Below, one piece after another: positions 43,922-58,097 of a stretch of DNA of 64,000 bases. The stretch lies in the NCBI RefSeq assembly GCF_009914755.1, contig NC_060926.1. One strand, written 5' to 3'. The position numbers and the translations under genes are program-made. The stretch comes from the human T2T-CHM13v2.0 reference genome, Homo sapiens. The notes under the pieces were generated by a model that did not search any database, was not told where the DNA came from, and worked only from the letters and a program-made list of their open reading frames with translations. The stretch's first letter is position 1. Each line of letters begins with the position of its first letter.

Positions 43922-44807
43922 TTCATCTTAATAAGAAATACTTTAACTGAGATTTATCTCTTTTGCTCCCATGCTACTCTTTTTGCCATCAATGGAAGAG
44001 AGAACAGGGTTTCAACAATAAGAGAATTAAGTAAGGACACAGGTGATAAAACTCTCTCCAGACCATCCCAATGAATGCCAAAGTAAACTTTGCATAGAAT
44101 GTAAAAATACCTTGATTATGCTCTTATCAGAGAGCCAAATACTGATGATTTGCCCCATAAAGTATAGAAATTCCTATGAACCATAATCTAAGCATCAGAA
44201 AATCCCCAAACCCAGAATTATTTTTGCACTATTCTGGACACTAGTTGATCTTCATCATGATAACCAAGAAGCACTGTGCAGGATTCTGACTTAGCGTTTC
44301 AATCAAATTTGTATGTTTATTTAATACAACCCCAGAAAGGTTAAGTAACTTGGTGAAGACTACTTAGCCCTGAGATCAAGAGAACCTGATCTTCTGACTC
44401 CCAGGCTAGAATTTTTATTTTTCACATCACATCTAAGAAAAAGAATAAATTATATTTAATTTAAAAACCTCTGAGTTCATTTCTTATTGATATTAATGGC
44501 TAGATGTTATCTTGTGTTCCCATCACACATACCTGTAGGCATGATCACATTTAATGAACATGGGGTAAGATGAGAGCTTAAATAAGAATTTAATTTTTTT
44601 AAATATCCAGAGCAAGCTTTTCTTATAAATGGCAAACCTATCTTTAACATTCCCACCCCTGAAGAAAACCACTACTTATCTTTGCCCTTGAGTTTTTGTG
44701 GGGTTGTTTTGTTAACACTCTCACAGTGGCAACAGAAGGTATAGCTACTTTGGAGGAACCATTATTTGAGGTTTGTATGAAACCCTCAGGTCAAGACTGT
44801 GATTCTG

Positions 44808-45109
44808 GGCTGGGCAGGGTAGCTCCTGCCTGTAATCCCAGCACTTTGGGAGGCTGAGGCCAGAGGATCACTTGAGGTCAGGAGTTTGAGACCAGCCTGG
44901 CGAACATGGCAAAACTTCATCTCTACTAAAAATACAAAAATTAGCCAGATGTGGTGGTGCATACCTGTAATCCCAGCTACTTAGGAGGCTGAGGCATGAG
45001 AATCACTTGAACCCAGGAGGCCGAGGTTGCAGTGAGCTGAGATCACACCACTGCACTCCAGCCTGGGTGACAGAGCAAGAGTCTGTCTCAAAATGAACAA
45101 CAACAACAA
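44808..45109 (+). mobile_element. Alu
   Basis: Alu dimer with (aac)n tail; TSD actgtgattctg. Confidence 0.95.
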
Positions 45110-46950
45110 AACTGTGATTCTGCAATTAAAACTATCAAATAGCTTACCATGAGGCCTCCCACTTACATGACACCAAAGCATATCTGGTTCCAAATGTTTC
45201 AGTAACTAAGGCAACTATGCATTTACTTGTAGGCAGAGAAGCAACAAAGAAGAAATCAGCATCTTTTGTGGTCCTAACTTATAGGAGAAAGGCCTATGGT
45301 ACTCACAATAGATAAGAGTAATGCAGTGTCGTTGCTGGGTTTTTTTCTAATTCTAAGTGTTTGAGATTTTGCTCCAAGAAAAATGATCCTGAGCACTTTT
45401 TCAGGATGAAAAGATACTAGGAGTCTTCCTTTGAGGCACATGGTTTATCTACTAAGAATGTTATCACCTTTTTTCCCATAAAACATTCCTGTTTTCTCAG
45501 ATCGTCAGAGACATACTTCCTCCTATCTCCAAATGTAATGACTGTAGAATCTGTATCCACCTTTAATCCATCAATGTGACAGCCCTCCAGATCAAGTATA
45601 TGATTTGACATATTTTACAAACTGGTTCTAACAGCTTCAAACAAAATCCAAAGGCTGCAACTGATAGTTCTGTCCTCAAAAAGCAAAAACTGGGTTGAGG
45701 GAAGGGAAGACATGGGGACCAGGATGGAGAGAGGAGAGAAGAGGCTGCTCTGTGCTCCATGCTCAAGGAGTAAGCAATGAAGAGTTTAGCTACTTTGTTT
45801 TTACCCTGGGTGTTTTAATAGGTACAGAGTTGTAATTATGAGATTATATTTGTGTATGTATTGATTTACTGTATTCATTGGCTCTGAATGAAGCGGAATG
45901 CCCATTCCCTGAAGCAGATGCCCTCTTTACTAGGCACTGACATTTATATCTTTACATCTTCTAATCGCTGATCTTAATGGGAAGGAAAAGAAGACTATCT
46001 TTTCTCTGGGCCTTGTCTTCTCACAGGTCTTTAACTTGAGGCTTGATATAATTCCAGTTAGCTACATCTGTAGTCTATAAATGGAACATGTTTCTGTGTA
46101 TCAATGGGATGTTCATTCCCAGAGGATTCACTGTACCTTTGTCAATAGGGTCCTTGTAGGGATGCCATGCTTATGTAAAGCTGTTCTCTTCTTGTAATAA
46201 ATGCAGTTGCTCCACATACTAAACCGTGTTATAGCAAGTAGTGTTTTACTGATGCTAACTTAAAGCATGTTGGAGGTAGTGTTATGAGGAGAACTTAGAG
46301 CTGGGGTACTTTCAGTGCTATGTTCTTTGTTATGGTTGTCAGTGTCTACACTGTTGAGTGAAGACACCTTTTTGTTTGCACTTAAGTTAGTTCTGCAGCA
46401 CTGTCATATATATTAATTATGTGCTCCTGGAAAATGAAAATACAGATGTTTTCTTTAAACACACTAAAATATAATTCTATAAACTAAAGCCAGTTCATTC
46501 TATTTCTAACTAATTTTTAAGATAACTACCCAGCTTTGAAACAACTCCCAAACTTTAGAAACTAGAACAAAAACATGAAAGAATTTTCAATGAAAACAAT
46601 AGTTTTCATCACAGGCTGCAAAAAGTAATATATATGTAGTGGTAGACTGGGCTTGAGTATAATGGGACTCACTCTAAAGGAAAGAAAATTTCATGAATCA
46701 CTTTTATGAAATCTATTAACTCTTTCAGCCCACCAATCTGCAAAGTAGCAATCTTATTTTATAAAAAATGAATACCTTAATTTTGAGCCATTTATTTACT
46801 CCTTGCTGGTAGGGTCTGGCTCATGATGGCTTCAAAAGTTAGAGCTAAGAACATCACAGACATTATTGTCTAACTTGTACCTGTGTACTTGTTCTGTTTT
46901 ATGCTTGCTTATTAATTTTAAATTACATATGTGGTTTTTGTTATTTTAAG

Positions 46951-47058
46951 GCACTCAACCAGAATGCTGAACTAAGGAGTCGGTTGAACAGAATACATTC
47001 AGAGTCTATTATTTGTGATCAGGTTGTCAGTGTAAATATTATTCCTAGCCCTGATGAG
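46951..47058 (+). CDS. OSBPL6: OSBPL6 symmetric exon (ALNQNAELRSRLNRIHSESIICDQVVSVNIIPSPDE)
   Basis: ttattttaag acceptor, GAG|GTAAGA donor; 108 nt, phase 0-0. Confidence 0.92.
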
Positions 47059-47544
47059 GTAAGACTCATTTTAAATAGATGCAGAGTACCTATTTTTTAG
47101 CATCTAAATTTACTGCATATTTTTGTTTATTTATATCCAGTTCTTTCACAGTTAATAAGGTTCCCTCCATAAATATTTGTGTCACTGACAGTTCAGTGTT
47201 CTTTGAAGTAAAGGTTATATAAGAGCTTGACATCATTTATACCTGGTGATCAGTGTCTATTTTTATTTATTCCTATGTTCACCTGATGCCACTGAATATT
47301 TGATTTATATATCTACTCCAGCTTGTTAATTTTCAATGTCTGTCTCATTCATCATTGGAAGTGTTCATTAGCATCAAATGGCCGGTGAAATGTTGCAAAA
47401 AAAAAAAAAAATTAGCTGAGAAGTTGCCAAGTAAAAATGTTATTAAGGTTTGTTTTGAAAGCCCTAAGGACAGAAGTCACCTGACCTTGTTAAGATAATA
47501 CTAACGGTGCTGCTACAGCTACTACTGCTGCTGCTGCTGCTAAT

Positions 47545-47700
47545 TAATAGCTGACATGTGTCAAGTGAATGCTTACTATGTGCTAGGTATTGTGTTAATG
47601 ACTTTGCATGTGTTATCTCATTTGACACTCTCAACAACGCTCTGTTAGGTGGTATTATTATTCCATTTTTCAGATTGAAGAAAAGAGAATAGGAGAACAT
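47545..47700 (-). mobile_element. MIR remnant
   Basis: gaatgcttactatgtgctagg..ttatctcatttga..tattattattccatttttcagattgaagaaa. Confidence 0.7.
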
Positions 47701-48708
47701 TCAGTATATGGGCTAAACTTAAGTGTATAATTCTGTTTATGACTCTCCATAAAATTATTACTTTATAGCATGAGAACTTACACTTTTTAACAGTAATGTT
47801 AGAGCTTTATATACAGTGGTGATATATGTAACAAGATGAGAGGTTTAACTGATACTAAGGTCATATTTGTACCAAAAACATACATTTTACTAGAAATCTA
47901 TAGGTACAAGGGTTCTAACCTCTTAGGAAACGTTATCCCAGGACAACTTGTCTTTGACTTAAGTTTTCCACCCTAAATCCATTCACCTCCATGGGCCCTG
48001 TGTTCTCAGATAACACTTGTATTCACTCAACTGCCCAGAATCTAGAAGTATTTCTAAAATTTGTCATTCAAAAATAATTTGATAATCTCAGTTGGAATCT
48101 TCTTTTCAACCTGAAATGTGCACTAGAATATATATATACATTTCTCTTACATTTTTTATTGAAACTTAAATAGCTTCCTTGAAAACTATTTATCACTTAT
48201 TGAATAAAAGTATAATTTGAAATAAGGTTCAATATTCCAGTCATGTGTTTTATTGGTTAAAATTCATGATCAAATTGGAAAGTGACGTATATAGTCTGTC
48301 TCAAAAATTAGTTTTATAGATTTTCTTAGCATAACTCTAGTAGTTTCTACGAATATTTCTTCATGTTTAATGTACCGTTAGAATATGACAGACCTAAGAA
48401 TAAGAGAATGAAGTTGTCTCTACAGTCAATCAGGGTATTCATAGCGGCTTAACCTGACTCAGTATCAATCAATCAAAGATTTAAAATCAAGGCACAGTAC
48501 CAACACCTTTCAACTATTCCTTTTGGGGTCTTTAGACACATTGGAAGGAAACTTATACAGTGATCATTGCTGAATTGCAAGTGAAAATTGCTTGTGGCCG
48601 CCACTTTTTAACATACAGTATTAAAGAGTAGAAATCTGGCTAATTTGAAGGAATAGCTATTCTAACAGGGAGAAAAGCAATTACACTGTATGCTTCTGTC
48701 TTCTGCAG

Positions 48709-48846
48709 GCTGGTGAGCAAATCCATGTCAGTCTCCCCTTATCACAGCAAGTAGCCAATGAGAGCCGCCTCTCCATGTCAGAGTCTGTTTCTGAGTTCTT
48801 TGATGCCCAAGAGGTGCTCCTCTCTGCAAGTTCGTCAGAGAATGAG
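48709..48846 (+). CDS. OSBPL6: OSBPL6 exon containing the FFAT motif EFFDAQE (48793-48813)
   Basis: tcttctgcag acceptor, GAG|GTATGT donor; 138 nt, phase 0-0; EFFDAxE is the canonical VAP-binding FFAT motif. Confidence 0.96.
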
Positions 48847-50215
48847 GTATGTATGCCTCCTTGACTTGTTGGCCTCAACATCTTGTGACTGAGTTTGAGT
48901 TAAAGAACATAAAACTGTGGAACTTTTTGGTGATTACTTTCATTTGTTTTTTTGTTTACATCATAGTAAAATGTCCAAATTGCAGCAAAGCTAAAAGCAT
49001 GCAAACTATTATGAGTTCCCAATTACTGAGCACTTAACGTTTCTGAGCATCAAGAATTTAAATTTGATGAATTAAGGGAAAGAACCAACATTTATTGGAG
49101 TGTCTTCTATGATTCCTATTTCAGGGTAACAAAAGAGTTTATGACAGAGCTGTTTATAGAAGGAGACTAGCTAATAAATATAGAAAGAATGAGAGAATTA
49201 GGAAAGCACCGTTCATGCGCATACACAGACACATACATATTAGATATTTTTGCTAGGGACATGAATTTAAGCTTGGAAGGATAATGTGTAGCACATAGCT
49301 AGTTGGGTAATTATGCTTTTTGGAGGTTAACCGCTGACTATCATAAAAGCTGTACTGGATTGCTCTTCATGCTTATGATTCTTGCCAAGGTCTTGGAAAC
49401 TGGGAACCTCTTCCTTGGTCAGGTTGCAGAAATTAGCTCTTTTGCTACAGTGTAGTCAACTTTTTCTGGCATGAGAAAAGCAGCCAAAACTCTTTTCCAC
49501 AAAGCTGATTAGGAATTTTGTCATTTGGGATTGCAAATCTATACTGCATTTTTACAAAAAAGAAATGAAATCATTGCTAAACATTATTTCCATATGCATA
49601 GAAAACAGATTGGAAGGAAACATCCTGACAATTAGTAGTAGTTGTTTTTGGATGTTTGAAATTATGAGTGATTTTAGAAACAAAGACAAAGTGGAAAAGA
49701 GAAAGCAATAGTGAATACATATCATTTTTATAATGGGAGAAAAGTAAAATAGAATTCTTATATCAGATACAGAATTTGTCAGCATACCAAGGCATGCACC
49801 TGCCTGTCAGATCCCAAGGCATGCATTAACAGGTTCACAGCGACTTCCATTCACAGGCTGGAATGCTAATTTAATGATCTGTGATGGTAACTGATACATA
49901 CTCTCAGATGGACAGAATAATCATCCTTGCTAATTAGTGCCTCTTTTCCTGTAGGCAAATCTGCATGGCAAGCCTAATTCTAGTCAGAGATTGCCTGATG
50001 AGCAAGGGACATGAGTAAACTTAAGGCTACAGGGCCAGAATGTTAGAGCTCCATACTCACCCTCCATCATAGGGATACTCTGGCACAAGGACTTGGTATT
50101 TGTGTCTGTCTGCCTGCACCCCCAGGGACCACCATGCTGTCGATAATGCTACCAAAATTTCCTTTTCTGACTCTGCCTTGCTGAGCTCCCATAGCTGACC
50201 CATCCTTCATCCTTC

Positions 50216-50716
<501 letters not shown>

Positions 50717-51902
50717 TGAAGAGGATGTGAAGCAGGTTATTGCATGAGTCCAAGCAAGATGGTGGTGCCACCCTGGGACAGGTGAGGGGTTGGGGAGTGA
50801 ATGTGGTGGCAGAGAGCAGGATAAGAAGGTGGAGGGCAGGGTCGCAGGGAGATGAGACATTCACTGTGAGGCATCATGAGTTTATCAGACCTCTCAGTGG
50901 AGTTACCTGTCAGGCATTTGCATATTTAAGTCTAAAACTCAAGGACAGAACTGTCCAAGAGAGAGTCAGCTCAGGATCTGCATAACCAGCTACCTGTTAG
51001 ACACTGACACCTGGTGCTCACAGAACCTCTAATTCAGCACGTCCCAAAAGAGTTCATCAACAAGCCCCACCACTCCGCCAGGGGAGAAACCCCAGCCTGC
51101 CCATACCTCTCATATCGCCTATCTAAGTGCCCCCTACCCAACTGTTCACACCAAATGCCTGAAGATTTTCCTTCACTCCTTCTTTCCCTTTACTACCACC
51201 CACCTTGATTCACTCGGGTTCTATAGCTTCCATCATCTAAATACTCTCAGATTTGTACATCTTCCTGCAGCTTCAGTGCCACTGCTCCAATTCAGTTCCC
51301 ATCTGCTCCCCACCTAGATCACCCCATCAGTCTCATAACTTTTCCAGTCTCCCATCTTGCTGCCTCCCATCCATTTTCCACTGGGGAACCTGAGTAATCT
51401 TCCTAAAAGGCAAATCTGATCATGTCCATATTCCTAAGGACACTGTATCCAGTGTCCTTAGGATAATATTCTAAACTCCTTAGCTATTAAAACAAAGACC
51501 GTTATAATCTGATGCCTGCTGTCTCTCCAGCCTCATGCCACCTGTCTTCTGGAGCCTTCCAACAGCCAAAGGAATGATTTCTGGAGTTGCCCATTTGCTA
51601 AAGATACCTTGTGTCCCTTGCTGTAGCAAGGAGAGTGACTCTCTCCTACAACTCACACTGGAAAGAGCTGAACTGTACCCCCATTCCTTGTGCCCCATAC
51701 CTCACAGGTTTTCATAAAATAACTGTTTTTACTTGCAACTTCTCCCTTTATCACAACACTTGGCCTTAAGTATTTGAAGGGGGTAGGCCAGCAGATAAAC
51801 CCAAGTGACAGATATTATGATGTTCTCAGAGTTGCTTTTCCCCTTCAGCTAAGGCTCGGTTTCTGGGACAATCTCATCTGCCCAAGTCTCTAAGTTCCCT
51901 TA

Positions 51903-52316
51903 TGTATAAGAGAGTTCTCACATTGCCATAAGGAAATACCTGAGACTGGGTAATTTATAAAGGAAACAGGTTTCATTGGCTCATGGTTCTGCAGGCTGTA
52001 CAGGAAGCATGATGCTGGCATCTGCTTAGCTTCAGGAAACTTACAACCATGGCAGAAGGCCAAGGGGAAGCCAGCCCTCACATGACCAGAGCAGGAGCAA
52101 GAGAGCAAGGTGGGAGTTGCTACACACTTTTATACTACCAGATCACGCAAGAACTCACTCACGATCAGGAAGACAGTACCAAAGGGGATGGTGCTAAACC
52201 ATTCCAGAGAAAACCGTTCCCATGATCCAATCACCTCCCACCAGGCCCCACCTCCAACACTGGGGATTAGATTTCAGTGTGAGACTTGGATGGGGACACA
52301 CATCCAAACTGTATCA
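51903..52316 (-). mobile_element. MSTA-like MaLR solo LTR
   Basis: TG..CA termini, aaatacctgagactgggtaatttataaag, ccaatcacctcccaccaggccccacc; 5-bp TSD cctta/ccttg. Confidence 0.88.
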
Positions 52317-52612
52317 CCTTGTGGTGAGGTCTCCCCAGAAGGCTCCTCACGCCTTCACACTCATAGTCTTAGCAACCCACCTGGTGAGTTGACTATACAT
52401 GTGGGAATCCTAGCAGCAGCTGCAGGCTAGGCTCAAGCTACGTATCCTGCACTGCAGCTGCCAAAGGAAATTGGGCCCCTGCACTTGCCATCTACCCTGG
52501 CCCAAGCACTTCCCGCAGAGATCCACAACTTCAGCTCCTTCACTCTCTTCAGACCCTTACTCAAAGGTCACCTCCAGGGAAGCCTATGCTGGCTGTCCTA
52601 TCTACAATTTAG

Positions 52613-53056
<444 letters not shown>

Positions 53057-53702
53057 TAGAACATAAATTTCATGAAGGCAGAGATTTAACCACTGTGTCT
53101 CCTGCACTAAAACAGTTCTGGTGAGCCCAGAGCAGGTACTCAATAAATATCTGCTAACTGAGCAAAGGAAGAAATGCTTATAATGATTATTCTGAGAAAC
53201 ATCTGGGCATTAGCTGTCTTACATTAACATTTTCCATGGCAGAGGGAAAAATCCTCTTTATATGTTATTTACCAATGCACTTTACTGAATGAATCCTCTG
53301 CTCTTTTAAAAAATGTTCTTCTTGCTTCCACAATAATCTGTTTGCCTTTACTTTTAAACTTGTTTCTGCAATGCTGCATGCCTGGTCACATTTAGGAAAA
53401 ATATATATTTTCTGAACTCTTTTGAATCCCTAAGTTTGTAAAGAGAAATACTTGGTTCCAGGACTTCTTAACCACGGGGCAGAGGACAAACTGTTTGATT
53501 ACAATAGTGCAGAGCCTTGGCTCTTTGTGCAGGGTAGCGTGAATTGACCACAGCAAGATAGCCCAGCCTTAGTTACTGCACACATGTGACATGTATACAT
53601 CTTACTCAAGGCCCACTATTATTGTAGAATTCTTTTACACCAGTGATTTCTGATCATTTCTATGATATATTAGTTTGGGAGAGATTAGAAATTGAAGAGG
53701 AA

Positions 53703-53997
53703 GGCCAGGCATGGTGGCTCATGCCTGTAATCCCAACACTTTGGGAGGCAGAGGCAGGATGATTGCTTGAACCAGGAGTTTGAGACCAGCCCGGGCAATA
53801 CAGGGAGCCCCCACCTCTACAAAAAAATAAAATAAAATAATTAGCTGGGCATGGTGGTGCATACCTGTGGTCCCAGCTCCTTCAGGAGGCTGAGGTGGGA
53901 GGATCCCTTGAGCCCAGGAGGGAAAGGCTGTGTCGAGCTGTGATTGTACCATTGTACTCCAGCCTCGGTGACAGAAAGAGATCCTGTATCAAAAAAG
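53703..53997 (+). mobile_element. Alu (AluJ-like)
   Basis: Alu dimer running into a purine-rich tail. Confidence 0.92.
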
Positions 53998-54340
53998 AAC
54001 GAAGGAACGAAAAAAAGAAAGGAAGGGAGGGAGGAAGTAAGGGAAAGAAGAAAGAAAGAGAGAGAGAGAGAAAGAAAAACAAAGAAAGAGAAAGAAAGAA
54101 AGAAAAGAAAGAAAGAAGAAAGAAAGAAACAGGAAGGAAGGAAGGAAGGAAAGGAAGGGAGGGAGGGAGGGAGGGGAAGGAAGGAAAGGGAGGGAGGAAA
54201 AGGAGAAAGGAGGCAGGGAGGGAGGGAAAGAAAGAGAAAGAAAAGAAAGAGAAAGAAGAGAGAAAAGGAAGGAAGGAGGGAAGGAGAAAAAAAGAAACAG
54301 AAAAGGAAAGAAGAGAGAAGAAAAGAAATCGAGGAAGAAT
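53998..54340 (+). repeat. GA-rich compound simple repeat (GAAA/GGAA/GGGA)
   Basis: ~340 bp with almost only purines on the + strand. Confidence 0.95.
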
Positions 54341-54985
54341 AGACTTTATAGCTGTTTGTAGGATAAACATGAGTGTTTTCTTAACAAATGTTCAAACAAT
54401 AAACATGCATGCAATGTGAATTTGGTTTAGGTAGACATTTGTCTCCTCAAACATAATTGTGTATGATTAGATTTTTTTCAGAGAAATCACCAGAGGAGTT
54501 TGATTTACTTTTTTTCACTTTCAAGCATAAGAAGTTGGCTTTTCATGAGCCTGATGGTTTAACCTTCAGCTCTGCTGCAGTCAGTAGGAACTGTGGGAAC
54601 CAGTTGCAGCGGGAAAATATGAATCAGAAAAAGATTTTGTTCTCAATTTGTCATCTTTATGGGCTTACTCTGTATGCAAAAACAAAATTACCATTATTCA
54701 TCCATGTGTGCAATCATTCTGTCCATCACTGTTCTCCCTAAATATATGAACTCTTCTCAACCCTAATTTTTAAAACATTAGCAATAAATCCAGAAACCTT
54801 AAAGACAAAGACCAGTTGTTTTTATGTACAAATTCAAAATGTTTACATGACAAAAGAATTGGCATAAACAAAGTTTAAAAATGCAAGTTAAGAAAAATGT
54901 AATCTATATGTCAAACTGAAAAATGTGTGAAAGATAAGACAAGGAGTTCATAAAGGGTGAAATTTAAACTTTAAAGCAATCTTTT

Positions 54986-55428
<443 letters not shown>

Positions 55429-56062
55429 TCAGGAGAGCAATTTGGCAACATGGAACTAAAGCCTCAAAGTGACCCATCTGATCTAGAAATAAATTTTAAT
55501 GTAATCACCAGGCAGATTTATGAAAATATATTTACAAGGATGTTCATCCAAGTATTGTCTATAATAATAAAATGTTAGAAACCACCTATATGCTGGTTAA
55601 ATTCCTTGTTATAATCATATAATGAAATATGTTGCCTTTCCAAATAAAGTAGCTGTAGCTACTATAATGAAAATGTATTCAGAATGCTATAAAGCAATAT
55701 GTAAACTGATCTCCTTTTTCAGTATATAAAGATAGATGTGTCAATATGTTTGTACAGTCATTTTGAAATTGGAGGATAATACTCACCAAAATGTTACGTG
55801 GTTTCCTATAGGTGATGGGCTGATGGGTAATTTTCATACTCATCTGTTTACTCTTACTTGTTTTCTAATTTTTTACAATAAGAATGTTTTATATTCAGAA
55901 AAAAATACAGCATTGTTTCCATTTTGAAGGAAGTAAGTATCAGCAGCTTTCTTGCCTGTGGGAAAGTCATTAGTTTTCCCATTCCTCTGATGTTCTATCT
56001 TATCTTCTCTTTCCTGATCTGCTCTGTTTCTAAGTCCCTTTAGTATGTACATTGTTCCTTAA

Positions 56063-56472
<410 letters not shown>

Positions 56473-56895
56473 GACTGAGCTGTATTTCTTACCCAGATCT
56501 ACACAGCATCCTAGTATCTGGCCTCCCTAGGGAGAGCTGCCAAATATCTTCCTGAAAACCAAATCTGACTCCAACATCCTGTGCATTTTTGTTGGTTTTA
56601 CTAACTCTTAGGATTGTATATGAACCCTTTTTGTTGGCATGAAAAGCCCTTCACTGTCGGGCCCTCTTGTTTTCTCTCCCCTCTGTCACAGCCACTCTCA
56701 ACATCCTTGCATTCCTGGGATAAATCTTGCTCTCATGGGCCTTACCTTTGCACGATCTCTCTTCTTTGTGTGCTTCTGTCCCTTCTAATAACTGGGCAAC
56801 TCCTATTCATTCTCTAACACCCAGTTTAAATATTGCCCCCTGGGCAGCCTCTCCTGAGTCCTCTAAGGTAGAGTCATAGGGCCTTCTCTTAGTTA

Positions 56896-56953
56896 TTAGG
56901 TTGGTGCAAAAGAAAGTAATGGCAAAAACGCAAGTACTCTTGCACCAACCTGA
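56896..56953. mobile_element. MADE1 (Hsmar1-derived MITE), internally deleted
   Basis: ttaggttggtgcaaaag...atggcaaaaacgcaagtactcttgcaccaacctga terminal inverted repeats. Confidence 0.85.
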
Positions 56954-57239
56954 AACATTCTTAGTGTATTATATTAAAATATTTCTGGTTCTTTACTGGT
57001 CTCCCCTGCCCTCCTGCCCCTACTAAGATAAGGAGCTAAAGACCAGGCTCCCTTCTAGTGATCCTATATGCTAGTTCATGAAGACCCTCAAGTGTTCATT
57101 GCACATATGTCAAATACTTTTCCCTCTAGGACCTCTGCTTCTCACTGGAACAATATTTTGTTATTTTTAATCATTTGATTATCTGAGCTTGCAAAACTGA
57201 ACAAGAATTCTGATCCTTGTATGTTCTTCCCTTCCTTAG

Positions 57240-57327
57240 GCTTCAGATGATGAGTCTTACATCAGTGATGTGAGTGATAATATATCTGAAGACAACACCA
57301 GTGTTGCAGACAATATTTCTCGGCAAA
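57240..57327 (+). CDS. OSBPL6: OSBPL6 exon, acidic/Ser-rich (ASDDESYISDVSDNISEDNTSVADNISRQ)
   Basis: cttccttag acceptor, AAA|GTATGC donor; 88 nt, phase 0-1. Confidence 0.92.
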
Positions 57328-57843
57328 GTATGCATCATTTGAGCTTCCAGGTTGTTCTATCTACATGCCAAATTGCAACACGAAGACTTAATGAACAGGC
57401 ATTCCCCCTCCCACGCCACCCCCACCCCTGCTAATTGTTCTTTTGGCAGCTGATTGTTCAATACATTCTATTTTGTATGATCTCTTGAGGTAAATGGTTG
57501 AAAAAATCTGTTAGGTAAATAGTTAAGAGAAAACGTTTTTCCTCTTTCTCAAACCAACAGCTTGAGTCCTTCTTATTAAATGTATTTAATTTTTTAAAAC
57601 TTAGCCTGTCTTGTCTTGAATGATATTTGAGTGTATCTAATGCCTTATTTATAAAACTATACACTGTTGTTTTCTGCATTTATTAGCAACCTTGCATTGA
57701 AAGAATTCCATTTACTTTTGAAAAGATATAATGAAGACTCATGAAAGGTCTCAAAATCAGATTTATTTGAAAGTTATTTCCCTTCTTGATTTTGTGAAAT
57801 CAGAACAGCAAAGTGTCCTTCACTGTGACTCTCCTTCTTCCAG

Positions 57844-58097
57844 TCCTGAATGGGGAGCTTACAGGAGGGGCCTTCCGAAATGGGCGTCGAGCATGCCTGC
57901 CAGCTCCTTGTCCTGACACCAGTAACATTAACCTGTGGAATATCTTGAGGAACAACATTGGTAAAGACCTGTCTAAAGTCTCTATGCCTGTGGAGCTAAA
58001 CGAGCCGCTCAACACCCTGCAGCACCTCTGTGAGGAAATGGAATACAGCGAGCTCCTGGACAAGGCTTCGGAAACTGATGATCCATATGAGCGCATG
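57844..58097 (+). CDS. OSBPL6: OSBPL6 exon, start of ORD (ILNGELTGG...RRACLPAP...[38 protein letters not shown]...PYERM)
   Basis: ccttcttccag acceptor, ATG|GTAATA donor; 254 nt, phase 1-0; [15 protein letters not shown] is an OSBP-family hallmark. Confidence 0.97.

Noticed and set aside
53882-54419. Long ORFs of 132-174 aa on both strands (K/E/R-rich and F/S/L-rich)
   Set aside because: Artefacts of the GA simple repeat plus Alu; such sequence simply lacks stop codons
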